A model generated the notes under the pieces. It saw only the letters and a list, made by a program, of their open reading frames with translations, had not been told where the DNA came from and made no database searches. Shown in pieces: positions 50,585-62,904 of a stretch of 64,000 bases of DNA. Positions within the stretch are counted from its first letter, which is position 1. Each line of letters begins with the position of its first letter. The position numbers and the translations under genes are program-made. The DNA is taken from contig OX597814.1 of assembly GCA_951406725.2 (NCBI GenBank), forward strand, positions 181,846,001 to 181,910,000. Direction: 5' to 3'. The DNA is from Octopus vulgaris (taxonomy: Eukaryota).

Positions 50585-53328
50585 CGCATATATAGTATGT
50601 ATACGTATGTCACTATTAAGGTTATCTCTACAAATTTTCTGGAAGAATTTTATCCAGCACTGATTTTGTTACTTTGTAGTATATAGAAAAACGCCGCAAG
50701 AAAATTAGCGCTGGCTATAATTTCTATAGAAAATCTATATAAATCTGTAACGAGTGATGTAATAGTACCGTCAACGTAGTAGACTTATAAAAGCGCTGAA
50801 TATACTTTGTAGTATGTTATGGTTGCACAATGAAATACAGTGTCCCCACAGGTCATTAATGTAAACGTATATATATATAGAATATGTATGTATATAGAAT
50901 ATATACATACACACACACACTGTGTGTGTGTGTTTATACGCGTGTATAAAGTTATGCAAGTTTGTATGTTTATGTGTATCGGTGCAGCCCTACTACTCGT
51001 GGAATTGTGTAACCATCCAACCCGGCATGGAAAACGGGGCGATCCTTCGGTATAGGTACCGTAAGTGGCTTTGTTTACATTTCTGAAGATAACAGAAACC
51101 CTTTTGTCCCTCCCCTAACCCCCCCCCCTTTATATATATATATAAAAACTTTCTTGAAATGTATCCGGTACCGATACCGAAGTTACGCCGAAAAAGGATG
51201 TTAAATGATGATGATCTGTGTCTGGTTGCGTGTGCATGTGTATGTATGTATAGGAAGGGCATCCGTCTGTAGAAAATCCGCCTCGAAATTCTGTTCCACC
51301 TATGCGAATATAGAAAAATGAAACGTTATAACATGCTGGTGACGATGTATATACTTGTGTGTATGCATATACATGTGTGTGTGTGTGTATATATATATGT
51401 GTGTGTGTGTATACATACACGTATACGTATATACATCTATATGCATGTTTCTGTGTGTGTGTAGTGTATATAATACTATGATTTTATAATTGAGAAACTT
51501 ATAGACGACAAAGCAAGAGCGGAGCGTTACAGTTAGTCAGTCATTCAGTCCTGGATGCACTGTCTCAGATTCAAGCCCGTAAGTGATGTCATCATCACCA
51601 TTGTACTATGGATGGATGAATGAACGAACAAGAAATACTTTGATAAGCATGATATATAGTTCGAAACTAGTCAGGTAGTTTTCCTTATTGTCTTTGTTTC
51701 GCCCACGCTTAAAATATCTTATATCATTTCATGTTGCTTTATCACTTTTGTTATACAATACTTTTTATAAATATAACACGATCGAAATGTTTTGATTAGA
51801 TGCGACCCATTCAGTTTCAACACGCTTATTCTGAGTTGTAGAGATTTCTTATGGAGATAAAAAAAAAAAAAAAAACTCATCGCGTTCTACTCAATTATCA
51901 GATTATCGAATCCCTTTCTCATTTCTTTTTAAAGCTTGCAGAGAATTTTTCAATGTCATGTTTATACATCCGCTATTCTCTATTTATATAATTCGTTTTA
52001 TAACATCTGTATATGCGATAATATTTATATAGCTAGTTTTCATTATTGATATGCAGCCTCATTCAAAATGAGGTCGCCAGTGTTTTATGCCAAATTGGAA
52101 ATAGGTCAAATGAAGGGACATAACTTATATCTAGAAAACTTGGCTGATTAATAATTAAGATAAAAAGATTTGAATTTTCTTGGCTTATTATTAAAATGTA
52201 GTTTTAGTGATTTAAAAAAAATACTCATTGCTTAATGAATATATTTAAAATAAATGTATATAGTAATAATTTATCAACTTTGGATATATATTTTTGTCTT
52301 TTCTATAAATTTGTAATTAAATTACATGAGATATTAATCGCTTAATTTGTAGTTATTAATTTACGATATATTTTCAAACGTTTGTTTAAATAAAGGGTCT
52401 TTCCAAATGAAAAAAAGTAAGCTGTTCAGTTATGGTTAAATATTTTCAGTAAATATCTCCGTATTTAGCAATATAGTATTTCCATATTCTTTTAAATTAA
52501 CTTTAGCGAGATAACTGAATGTATGTTTATGGTTGCATACAATCTATGCTGTAAACCATGTAGTGTAGAGTGCATACATTTCATAAACTGTATACCGGAA
52601 GTCTACAGTCGAAAGAGATCATGTGTCAGTCTACTTCAGATTGTTAGGTTACATCTTCGGTTCAAGTTCTCTCTCCTGCAATTTTTATGAATGCTAAATG
52701 GATAAAAAAACTACGGTTTATGAGATATCGTGTTTTGGTGAAATATCTTAGCACATCTTATAGGTACGTAATTTGCATTGCTTGTTGTAATTTTGTTTTT
52801 TCATTTTAATTGCACTTGCGAAGTTTTTATAACCTTTCATAAATTTTTGTATTTAAATATTTACGATCATTCCATTTTCTAAATTATTAATTTTAAAGTC
52901 AAATTTAGAAATATTTATAAAGAAAAGTATATCTTAGATGGGGGTAAGCGGAAGCAGTGTTGCATTTTGGGTAAATGTTCGCTCTTTGGTCATACTGGTA
53001 AATAAGTAGTTGCGTTGAAAAAGAATTTTACCTTTCTTATCGCCTAGTATCTCTAGCAGATTCATGCTATCACGTTTATAGTCATTAAAAACATTTCAAG
53101 AATAGCTATTTATAGTTTAAAGTAAACTTTTACTGTAAAGCAAAACCAGTCTAACGCTGAAAATGTGCATTTTGAAAATTTATTTTCAATAATTTTTTTT
53201 TAATTGTACAGAACTGATTAATAACATTTTCACTAATACAACTATACAGACTATTTAGAGACTATTCTTTGGGATTCTAATATTTATTTTATTATAGCTA
53301 TCGTCAGTCTCACCTGAACACACAATAT

Positions 53329-53364
53329 CGGAAGTGACGTTTAAATATTACCGGAAATGACGTC
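53329..53364. promoter_or_regulatory. Tandem ETS-CRE composite motifs (promoter)
   Basis: CGGAAGTGACGT 53329-53340 and CCGGAAATGACGTC 53351-53364; further CCGGAAGT at ~52595; TE-poor, CpG-retaining neighbourhood. Confidence 0.6.
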
Positions 53365-54288
53365 TAAGTGGGAAGGGGAGGGTGAAGGTGTTTCCTATTC
53401 TTTATGTCAACATGATGTATAGTGGAGTAACAGGACAAAAAAGAAATCAAACCAAGTTTAGCTTATATTTCAAAAATCAGAAATTTAATTCCTGAAATTA
53501 TCTGAAATGCATTGACTAAATATATATTTTTAATAAAAACAGAAGCATGATCTTTCTTGCGAAAGAGACATCGTGAATTGGGTGTGTCGGCGAAAACCAT
53601 AGTGTTTATTATTCGTTTTGTTAGTTATTTAAAGGAAAAAAAATACATTGTAGATTCCCTCTTTTCTTTTTCTACAAAGCTTTACAAAGGACATGCAATA
53701 AGTAAAGTACAAGTATTTAAATGTTTTCCAAATCATGTTTTCATAACAAAATTAAAGAAAATTTGATATATGAAAAGTGTTGTGTGTGAATGTATGCTTG
53801 TATATATGTATATAATGTGTGTGTAATATACATATATAGGCATTCTTTTGGTATACTCCTATATATAATTACGAACCTGTTCTAAAATTTATGACCGTTA
53901 AGGAAAAATATTGAAATTATTTAAATTTGTGCTGGTTTCTCTGCGTCTCGTGTTCAATTTCAAAAACTCGAGAATTACAAAACTTGTGTAAATATTATGA
54001 TTTGAGGAGAGGAGAAAAATTGAAAATAGATTTTTTTTGTAGTGTGTTGGAATTGTATTAGGAGCTCAATCATTTAATAAACCATAATTTTCTTGCGTCA
54101 AAGAGGATACCTGTTATAAAATTTCCATATTTCAGTCTCCTAGGTTAAGACCCTTTAATCTGGATGGTCATTGGAAGAAGGTTGTTTCTACAAGAAAATA
54201 TCGAATGCAATACTTGAATTTATCTCATTCCTAAGAACCAGGCTTTAAAAATATATAAATATATTGGGGTTGATTTGTTCCACTAAAC

Positions 54289-54502
54289 CAGTTCTCAACC
54301 ATATGGTCCTGGGTGGAGTAGGGGGTCCATATAAAAGTTTTGATGTTAAGATTTATGTGCAATAAATTAAATACAATTCTTAATAATTATAAAAATACGG
54401 TAAGATTTAAAAATATATATATAGCGAATGGTTATGGAGGCTCAGTAGAATAAAGTAGGAATCAAAGGGTTCATGGGCAAAAAACATGGTTGAGAACCAC
54501 TG
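54289..54502. mobile_element. hAT (Charlie-like) MITE
   Basis: CAGTTCTCAACC ... GGTTGAGAACCACTG termini; no clear 8-bp TSD. Confidence 0.6.
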
Positions 54503-54504
54503 GA

Positions 54505-56187
54505 TGGTTAATGCTGACATTATTACTCGGAAACGAAATCGAAAAAAAAAAAAAAAATAGTGCAACGAGTGAAAAATAAGGTGTAGGAAATGAATATGAA
54601 AACAAAAATGCGCGAAAAGCAACGTGGGGTGGAGAGAGGACTTTGGAAAATTCACAAGATCCGAGTTTTTCCCTCATAACTTTTAGAAAAATGTTTTTTT
54701 TTTTTTCAATGAAATTTTATGTAAATACCTTTCAAACGGCATGCATTATTATTATAACGAAATTTGTGGGTAAAATCTTTTCTGAGGGGGTGGAGAGAGG
54801 ACTTCGGAAAATTATCCGATTTTTTTTTCCCTCGTATCTTTAAAGGAAACAGATATCTTTTAATGAAATTGTATATAAATACTTTTCAAACGACATGCAT
54901 TACGGATGCCTAATGCGCCGTAAACCCCTTATTTTTGTTCGGAAGTGGGTGGGGTGGGACAATAAATGCATTTTTGATGGTGAAATGCGAAACTGCATTA
55001 GCCACTTTTCTTTTACCCATATTTTAAGATTACATTTTGCAGAAATACGTTTTCTAGAGTGTGGGTTACATGTGATTGAAAATTCAAACAAGTTTGAAAA
55101 GAATAAGTGAAACTGTTGAAGTTATAAAAATTAGGAGAGAGAAAGAATGATACAAAATCCTTAGAAAAACCATGTTAGTGTTTGTGTGTGAAACAAGTAA
55201 AATTATAATATTAAAACAAAATATCTTTCACATACCTCTTAAAAATCACTGGATATATTAATTGCAGATTGTGGCTTATTAGGTCACCGTAGTTCATTCA
55301 TCGAAAAAAAGAAAAGAAAAACATTTTCCAATAATTCCCCCCTTTTTTCTCCCAACAAAAACAAAGTTTGCGGCGCATTAGGCATCCGTAATGCATGCTG
55401 TTTGAAAGGTATATTCTTTTCCTTTTCTTTTATTCTTTTGTTTCAGTCATTTGACTGTGGCCACGCTGGAGCACCGCCTTTAGTCGAGCAAATCGACCCC
55501 AGGACTTTGTAAGCCTAGTACTTATTTTATCGGTCTATTTTGCCGAACCGCTAAGTTACGGGGACGTAAACACACCAGCATCGGTTGTCAAGCAATGTTG
55601 GGGGGACAAACACAGACACACAAACATATACACATACATATATATATATATATACATATATACGACGGGCTTCTTTCAGTTTCCGCCTGCCAAATCCACT
55701 CACAAGGCTTTGGTCGGCCTGAGGCTATAGTAGAAGACACTTGCCCAAGGTTCCACACAATGAGTCTGAACCCAGAACCATGTGGTTGGTAAGCATGCTA
55801 CTTGCCACACAACCATATGTACAATTTCATTAAAAGATATCCATTTTCCTTAAAGTTACGAGGGAAAAATTGGATCTTGTGAATTTTCCGAAATCTTCTT
55901 CCCAACCCTTTGGAAAAGATTTTACCCACAAATTTCATTATAATCGTAATGTATGCCGATTGAAAGCTTTTTATATAAAAAATTTCATTCAAAAAAAGAA
56001 AATTTTTCCGAAAAGTTATGAGGGAAAAACTTGAATCTTGTGAATTTTCCGAAGTCCTCTCCCCACCCCCATTGCTTTCCACGCACTTTTGTTTTCATAT
56101 TCGTTTTCTACACTTTTTTTTTTACACCCGTTGCATTATTATTTTTTTTTTTTCAATTTCATTTCTGGGTAATAATGTCGACATTAA

Positions 56188-56190
<3 letters not shown>
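54505..56190. mobile_element. Fold-back element with ~420-bp inverted arms, right arm interrupted by a SINE
   Basis: 54505-54925 matches the reverse complement of 55365-55412 plus 55815-56190; each arm has an internal ~160-bp tandem duplication. Confidence 0.78.
55417..55813 (-). mobile_element. SINE family A (CR1-like tail)
   Basis: Full head and tail as at 11480-11870. Confidence 0.9.
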
Positions 56191-56227
<37 letters not shown>

Positions 56228-56228
<1 letters not shown>

Positions 56229-56438
56229 CTTTTATTAGTTTCAGTCATTTGACTGCAGCCATGCTGGAGCACCGCCTTTAATCGAGCAACTCGACCCCAG
56301 GACTTATTCTTTTGTAAGCCCAGTACTTATTCTATCGGTCTCTTTTGCTGAACCGCTAAGTAACGGGAACATAAACACACCAGCATCGGTTGTCAAGCAA
56401 TGCTAGGGGGATAAACACAGACACACAAACACACACAC

Positions 56439-56480
<42 letters not shown>

Positions 56481-56643
56481 GACAGGCTTCTTTCAGTTTC
56501 TGTCTACCAAACCCACTCACAAGGCTTTGGTCGGCCCGAGGCTATAGTAGAAGACACTTGCCCAAGGTGCCATGCAGTGGGACTGAACCCGGAACCATGT
56601 GGTTGGTAAACAAGCTACTTACCACACAGCCGCTCCTGCACCT
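56228..56643 (-). mobile_element. SINE family A (CR1-like tail)
   Basis: Full copy in (TA)n, head AGGTGCAGGAGCGGCTGTGTGGTAAGTAGC..GGGTTCAGTCCC. Confidence 0.9.
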
Positions 56644-57387
56644 ATATATATATCATCGTCATTGTCATTGTTTAACGTCCGCTTATATATATCATCATCA
56701 TTGTCGTTGTTTAACGTCCGCTTTCCAAGCTGACATGGGTTGGACAGTTTGACTGAGAGGTGGCGAGCCAGAAGGCTACACACACACATTTAGAAAGGTT
56801 AGTGTATTTAATGTTAATTCATTTTGGGGGAGGAGACAAAAACAAAAACACGTGGTTTTATTATTTATTACGCTGTTAGTAATTATCAGGATGAGAGAAA
56901 TTTTATTTGTAGGCATTAAGTAAAATGGAAAAAAAAAGATCATTAGTTTTTAATGTTCTTTCTATTAGTATAAATTTTGTAAAGTCAGTCTGTTGTTGGT
57001 GAAGCATCCCTAGTCCTTCATTTATGGCAGAGTTGGGTCTTAGCACGTCCAAACTTGTCGGTCTTCAATTGGTTTGGTATTTCAAGCTGTTCCTGCTAGG
57101 TAAGTAGTAGACAGCTGGATTTTAAAAACTAGCCAACATAAAAGTAACATGGGTTTAAAGATCTATTTATGAAAAAAAAACAACTTTTTTTCTTATTTTT
57201 TGAAGTTTTAAGCATCTTTTTTCTTGTAATAAGTGTTTATTATAAATCCGGATAATACTGAGAGAAACATCTTTAGCATAAAGAAGCTACATCTTCATGA
57301 TTTTTTAACCAAAAATTATCTAAGAATGTTAGATATTAGTGAGAGAGCTTTTACTTGACTCTAGGCACAAATTCTTTATATATATTT

Positions 57388-58082
57388 CATCATCATTATC
57401 ATCGTTTAACATCCGTTTTCCATGCTAGCATGGATTGGACAGTTCGACTAGGGTCTAGGAAGCCAGGAGGCTGCACCAGGCTCCAGTCTGATCTGGCAGT
57501 GTTTCTACAGCTGGATGCCCTTCCTAATGCCAACCACTCCATGAGTGTAGTGGGTGCTTTTTACGTGCCACTAGCACAGGTGCCGGGGGGGGGGCTGGCA
57601 GTGGCCACGATCAGTTGGTGCCACCGGTACGGAAGCCAGTCAAGGCTGCGCTGGCCTTGGCCACGTTCGGATGGTGTTTTTTATGTGCCACCGGTACAGG
57701 TATCACAACTACAATTTCCATTTGATTTTTTATTTTGATATTGATGTACTTGACTCAGTAGGTCTCCTCAAGCACAGCAAGTCGCCCTACGATCCAAGGT
57801 AAGCACAGCAGGCCATTCTGTGATCCAAGGTACTTTGGATGGGCTGGGGCTGCTATGTGAAACTGGTGCAGGAAACAGCCATGAACTCACGTTATTTGTC
57901 GGGTCTTCTCAGTACAGCATATCTCCAAAGATCTCGGTCTTTCATCATTGCCTCTGTGAGGCCCAACGTTCGAAGGTCATGCTTGACCACATCATCCCAT
58001 GTCTTCCTGGGTCTACCTCTACCCCGGATTCCTTCAACTGTTTGGGAGTGGCACTTCTTCACACATCTCTCCTCATCCATCC
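57388..58082 (-). mobile_element. RTE-clade LINE 3' end
   Basis: RMDEERCVKKC..GRGRPRKTWDDVVKHDL; RTE 3' UTR and (GAT)n tail. Confidence 0.9.
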
Positions 58083-58104
58083 GTGTGTGTGTATATATAT
58101 ATAA

Positions 58105-58228
58105 TTTATTGACCCCCAAAAGGATGAAAGGCAAAGTTGACCTTGGCAGAATTTGAACTCAGAATGTAGCGATGGGTGACATACTATTAAGTATTTTGTC
58201 CAACGTGCTAATGATTCTGCCTACTTGC
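58105..58228 (-). mobile_element. SINE family B 5' fragment
   Basis: TTTATTGACCCC.AAAGGATGAAAGGCAAAGTTGACCTTGGCAGAATTTGAACTCAGAA. Confidence 0.75.
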
Positions 58229-59345
58229 CACCTTCAAAACATGAAAACAAGAAAGCATCATACTCAGTAACAAAACAGGCAAAGGAATATGTAAGTGAAT
58301 TCCAAATACGACAAATTCCGGAATTAGACATACTAGAAACAAGCGCAGAAAAAGCTAAGCACATGAAAACCTGTGCTAAAACTGCTGCTTTTGATATTCT
58401 GACTGATAAATGGCAAGAAAAACCTCTCAGTGGTAAATACCCAAAGAGATCAAATAATGCTGATGTTGACAAAGCCCTTACCCATCAATGGCTAATGGCT
58501 TCTCTGGCTTAAAATCTGAAACAAGGCTTTATCATAGCAGCCCAAGATCAGTGCCTACTTACAAGGCCAACGTATTAAAGAATGGCAGCTTCCCAACATG
58601 TCATATATGTCAACAACAAAATGAAATCATTGATCATGTCGTCTCTATGTGCAGTCTTCTTGTACCAACAGAGTATCTCAACAGGCATGATAGAGCTGCA
58701 CAATATATTCACTGGGTAATTTGCAAAAACCTGGACTTGTCCCATGATAAAAACTGGTGGGAACACAAACCACCTCCAGTGCTTGAAAATGATCACATCT
58801 CGCTCCTCTGGAACTTCACCATTCAAACGGACAGAAATATAGATACAAATAGGCCAGACATCATATTGAAAGTCTTCAGACAAAAAACATGCCTCCTCAT
58901 TGATATGACTGTCCCAATCGATATAAACGTATCTGTCAAAACCTACCAAAAACTGAGCAAGTATAAATATCTTGAAATAGAAATTAACAAAGTGTGGAAC
59001 CTGAAGACTAAAACAATAGCTGTTGTCATAGGTGCCCTGGGAATGATAGCAAAAGGGGCTGATTGCTACCTAACTCAGATACCAAAAAACCCCCAAATGG
59101 CAGAAATTCAAAAGATAGTGCTCATGGGAACTGCCCATATCCTAAGCAAGATACTTTCTATGTAATCTCAAATTTTAAAACAAACACATAATTTTCTTAT
59201 GGTTTCTTAAGCATTCTCTAGAACAACACTATGTACAAAAACCAAATATATGGCACCCTAGGCATAACCAACATGAACTTCTAACTTGTCTTTTGAGGTC
59301 TCTGGGTGAGACTTGGAGCCAACTTGTACAAATGTAATAATGATA
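58229..59345 (+). mobile_element. R4/Dong-clade non-LTR retrotransposon 3' end (CCHC knuckle + restriction-like endonuclease)
   Basis: KWQEKPLSGKY..GLKSET..AAQDQ..CHICQQQNEIIDHVVSMC..RHD..LLWNFTIQTD..NRPDI..LIDMTVP..KLSKY..VVIGALG; frameshifts near 58500-58560; TAA-rich tail. Confidence 0.92.
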
Positions 59346-59560
59346 ACAGCAGCAGTGCCCTGAGCTTAAAGCTATAAGCCCAAATTTAACAGTTTAAGAT
59401 AGCAGCCTGATGATTTTATTTGACCATGTAAGTTGTGTGCAATCAGTGACAGCAAAATTATTTGTTTAAAAATAGAATTGGAGCCAGAGGCATTTAAAAT
59501 TAAACATAGACTACATTTATTCAACTTTCAACATTTTTACTTAGCCTCTATAGGATTTAA

Positions 59561-59770
59561 CTCTTTAACATTCAGATTGCTCAGTCACATGTAATGCTTA
59601 TTCATTCAAATTATTTTGAATTAATCATGCATTATCTCATAGCCTTCAGATTTCAATGATGTGATTGTTTACTTTTAGAATTACATTGTAGGGTAGTTGG
59701 GAGAGGCCTGATCCGGTCAGTTTGGACACAAAACAGAGTATTTAGGCTGGATATGGCCAGTTTGAATGCT
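59561..59770. mobile_element. piggyBac-type MITE, right end missing
   Basis: Homologous to 9473-9678; starts TTAA|CTCTTT. Confidence 0.65.
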
Positions 59771-60142
59771 TGTAAGAATTACACTTTTGTCAAGTTTGTA
59801 GCAGTTGTCATCGTCATCACTATTGTATTTATGTTCACTTTTTAAATATTGGAATTTCTGAACTATTTTGATTTTACCATTTAATTCATTTTTGTGGGTT
59901 AATAAATATCTATCCATTGATTGATTAAATTGAGATGGACAGATGTAGCTGAGAAATTCCAATATTGTGCTAGCATGGAAAAAGCAAATGTTAAGGAGGT
60001 TTGTGGTGTCCATTGAAATTACCTGATGAGAGAAAAAAAATCTTTGCATTTATGTTATATATTTGTTTTAATTGGTTTTAAATATTAAGTGTTGTTGCAA
60101 AAGCATTTTTAAGAATTACCTACCAATATTTTTCAGGCAAGA

Positions 60143-60197
60143 ATGTCTGCTGTAGAGAAGGTTGCTACCACTGCAGCCTTTTCATCATCCAGTACAA
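60143..60197 (+). CDS. Putative first coding exon of an unidentified gene (MSAVEKVATTAAFSSSST...)
   Basis: Acceptor TTTTTCAG ending 60136, ATG at 60143 in AGAATG context, donor GTAAGT at 60198; GC-richer than flanks; product unrecognised. Confidence 0.45.
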
Positions 60198-61279
60198 GTA
60201 AGTTAATTTTTCTTTATTAAACATCTTCAGTTATTGTGAATTATTAAAAAAATAATTTAAATAGTTAATAATTTTAACATGCATTTTAAAATACATTCTT
60301 AAAGCACATTGTTGTATGCACATGCTTATGCACATACATAGAAAACTTCATATTTGAAAGATTTTACATATAGGTAACTAGTGATAAAATTTTAATCTGC
60401 ATGTTTTGTTTTTAATCTTTGTGTTAATTAATTTAATAATCTGCATGTCTTTTCTGTATACTAATTGAATAACAGTTGTATTTTAAGAGTATTTTTCTTG
60501 ATGATGAATGTGTGAGTATGATGGGGGAAAATTGAAACTGGTAATAGTTGTTGCATAATTATATACTTGGATTTACAAAATAAGATGACAGATATTCTTG
60601 TCATTCTATAGAAAGCAAAACATTTAGTTAGATTAATGTTTTGGCTACAGGATTAGTGGTGTAAGTGACACTGTTTTTCTATTAGTTTAATCGATGCTAT
60701 TCTGTGTTCTTTTCTATTTTTAGCATTTGAAATGTAAGCATCTTTTCTTTGGGAGAAAAACAAAATAGTTTCTTAATCCACTATTAGTAATATCATGAGA
60801 AGTTTTGTCTTTAATGCATTTTAAAAAGGCATTTTGTATCTCATTGCTTTATGAAAGTGGTTTTGTTAAGTCCTTTGTAACAGGTTACTGTTTATTTGCT
60901 TTCATTATCCATATTCTTTTCTGAAATAGAATAAGGAATTGCAATATTAAAGCTCGTGTGAACCTGTTTAACTGAGAAAGTTTGAAAACTGGTAGAAAAG
61001 GCTAATTTTATATGACTCTATTATTACTATAAGTAATGTGTTAGGCAATGGTGATTCCAATAATATATTTGCATAAAGTAAAGGAAATGTGAATTAAATA
61101 TTGTGTATATAAATACAGGTAGTAGATTTACAATGGTGGTAGAAATATATCATTTAGATTAACTGTACCTTCGCAAAGTTGATAACTCACCATATTGATA
61201 TTATATGCAACTGGCTGAGAATATACTCAAAATGAGTGTTGAGATAAGAGTTTACAATAGTGCATGGATTTTAACAAAC

Positions 61280-61630
61280 CAGGTGTAGGTGGCCTTGGAT
61301 TCAGTCCCACTGCATGGCTTCTTGGGCAAACGTCTCTACTATTATAGCTCCAGGTTTACCAAAGCCCTTGTGAGTGGATTTGATTGACAGAAACTGAAAG
61401 AACCCTGTTGTAGTGTGTGTATTCTTGTTTTGATATTGTGGTGATTGTAAGCAAGATCACCTTCAAGTGATGCTGTTCATTTCCAGTCTTCCATGAAGAA
61501 CATGTCTGACCATGGGGAAACAAGTAGGGGATGGTGACAATTCAGGTATCCAGCTGTAGAAAATCTGCATTGACAAATTCTGTTTGACCTGTGTGAGCAT
61601 GGTAAAAATGGATGTTAAATGATGATGATG
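61280..61630 (+). mobile_element. SINE family A head with RTE-type tail
   Basis: TTCAGTCCCACTG..CTTGGGCAA..GTGAGTGGATTTG head; ends ATCCAGCTGTAGAAAATCTGC..GCATGG.AAAATGGATGTTAAATGATGATGATG. Confidence 0.75.
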
Positions 61631-62089
61631 CTTTTGTTGATAACAATGCATAAAGAAAAGAAATTTTTTTAAAATGGAGTTGAAATAAATATGATATTAA
61701 AAAAAAAAAAATGATCGGCCATAAGATGAAGTGCAAAAGTTTCATATGCTTATGTAGTTCATTCCAGCACAGAAAAGCTAATATGGAAAAGTGGATGGTG
61801 ATTATAATGCTTTTAACTTTATGATGTGATCTTTCACAAACTAGTTTCTGAATTGATGGTTATATCATGATTTTCAAGAATATCTTGCATCCATTTTCCA
61901 TAGTAAAATATATTGAGTAGTTTTGCACATTTGATAAAGACGAAACCTGATTGATCTTCTAGAATTGGCAACCAACTATCTATTAAAAGCAAGGATATAT
62001 TGGACAAGTTGTTCTAGATATATTATGTCAGAATAAAAGATAGTTGGTCATGTCTTGATGGCTTCATATATATATATATATAATGCCTC

Positions 62090-62532
62090 TGATTCTCCTT
62101 CTGTTGTGGAAAGACACCTGCTTCTGTCTCTTTGTCACACTCTGACCTTTCATATCCTCTGACACAAGTTTCTCTCCTCAAATGCCCTGCCCCTGTCATA
62201 ATTCCTTGTCTTGGGAGTTACTTGGTTACCCTATCAGTGCTGGTGCCACATTAAAAGCATCCAGTCCACACTAATGTGGTTGGCGTTTGGAAGGGCATCA
62301 AGCTGTAAAATTCCTGCGAAAACTAACCTCACCTGTGCTAGTGCCATGTAAAAAGCACTGAGTTCACTCTGTAAGTGGTTGTTGTTAAGAAGGGCATCTA
62401 GCCGTAAAATCCCTGCCAAAACACACAATAGCCTTGGGTAGTTTTTCTACCTTGGCTGGCTCCCCTGTCAACCGTCCTACCCATGCATGCATGGAAGATG
62501 GACATTAAATGGATGATGGAAGATGATGATGA
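62090..62532 (+). mobile_element. Non-autonomous RTE-tail-bearing repeat
   Basis: Opposite-strand homologue of 9935-10450; ends CCCATGCATGCATGGAAGATGGACATTAAATG..(GAT)n. Confidence 0.6.
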
Positions 62533-62537
62533 TATAT

Positions 62538-62904
62538 TCTTTTATTTGTTTCAGTCATTTGACTGTGGCCATGCTGAAGCACCACCTTTAGTAGAACAAA
62601 TCGACCCCAGGACTTATTCGTTGTAAGCCTAGTACTTATTCTATTGGTCTCTTTTGCCGAACTGCTAAGTTATGGGGGAGTAAACACACCAGCATCATTG
62701 TCAAGCAATATTGGGGTGGGGGGACAAACAGACACACACACACAATAGGCTTCTTTCAGTTTCGGTCTACCAAATCCACTCAAGGCTTTGGTTGGCCCGA
62801 AGCTATAGTAGAAGACACTTGGCCAAGATGCCACGCCATGGGACTGAACCCAGAACCATGTGGTTGGTAAGCAAGCTACTTACCACACAGCCACTCCTGT
62901 GCCT
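62538..62904 (-). mobile_element. SINE family A (CR1-like tail)
   Basis: Full copy as at 56228-56643. Confidence 0.9.

Noticed and set aside
50753-50799. C/D-box snoRNA-like GTGATGT...CTGA
   Set aside because: Imperfect C box, too short, and no terminal stem.
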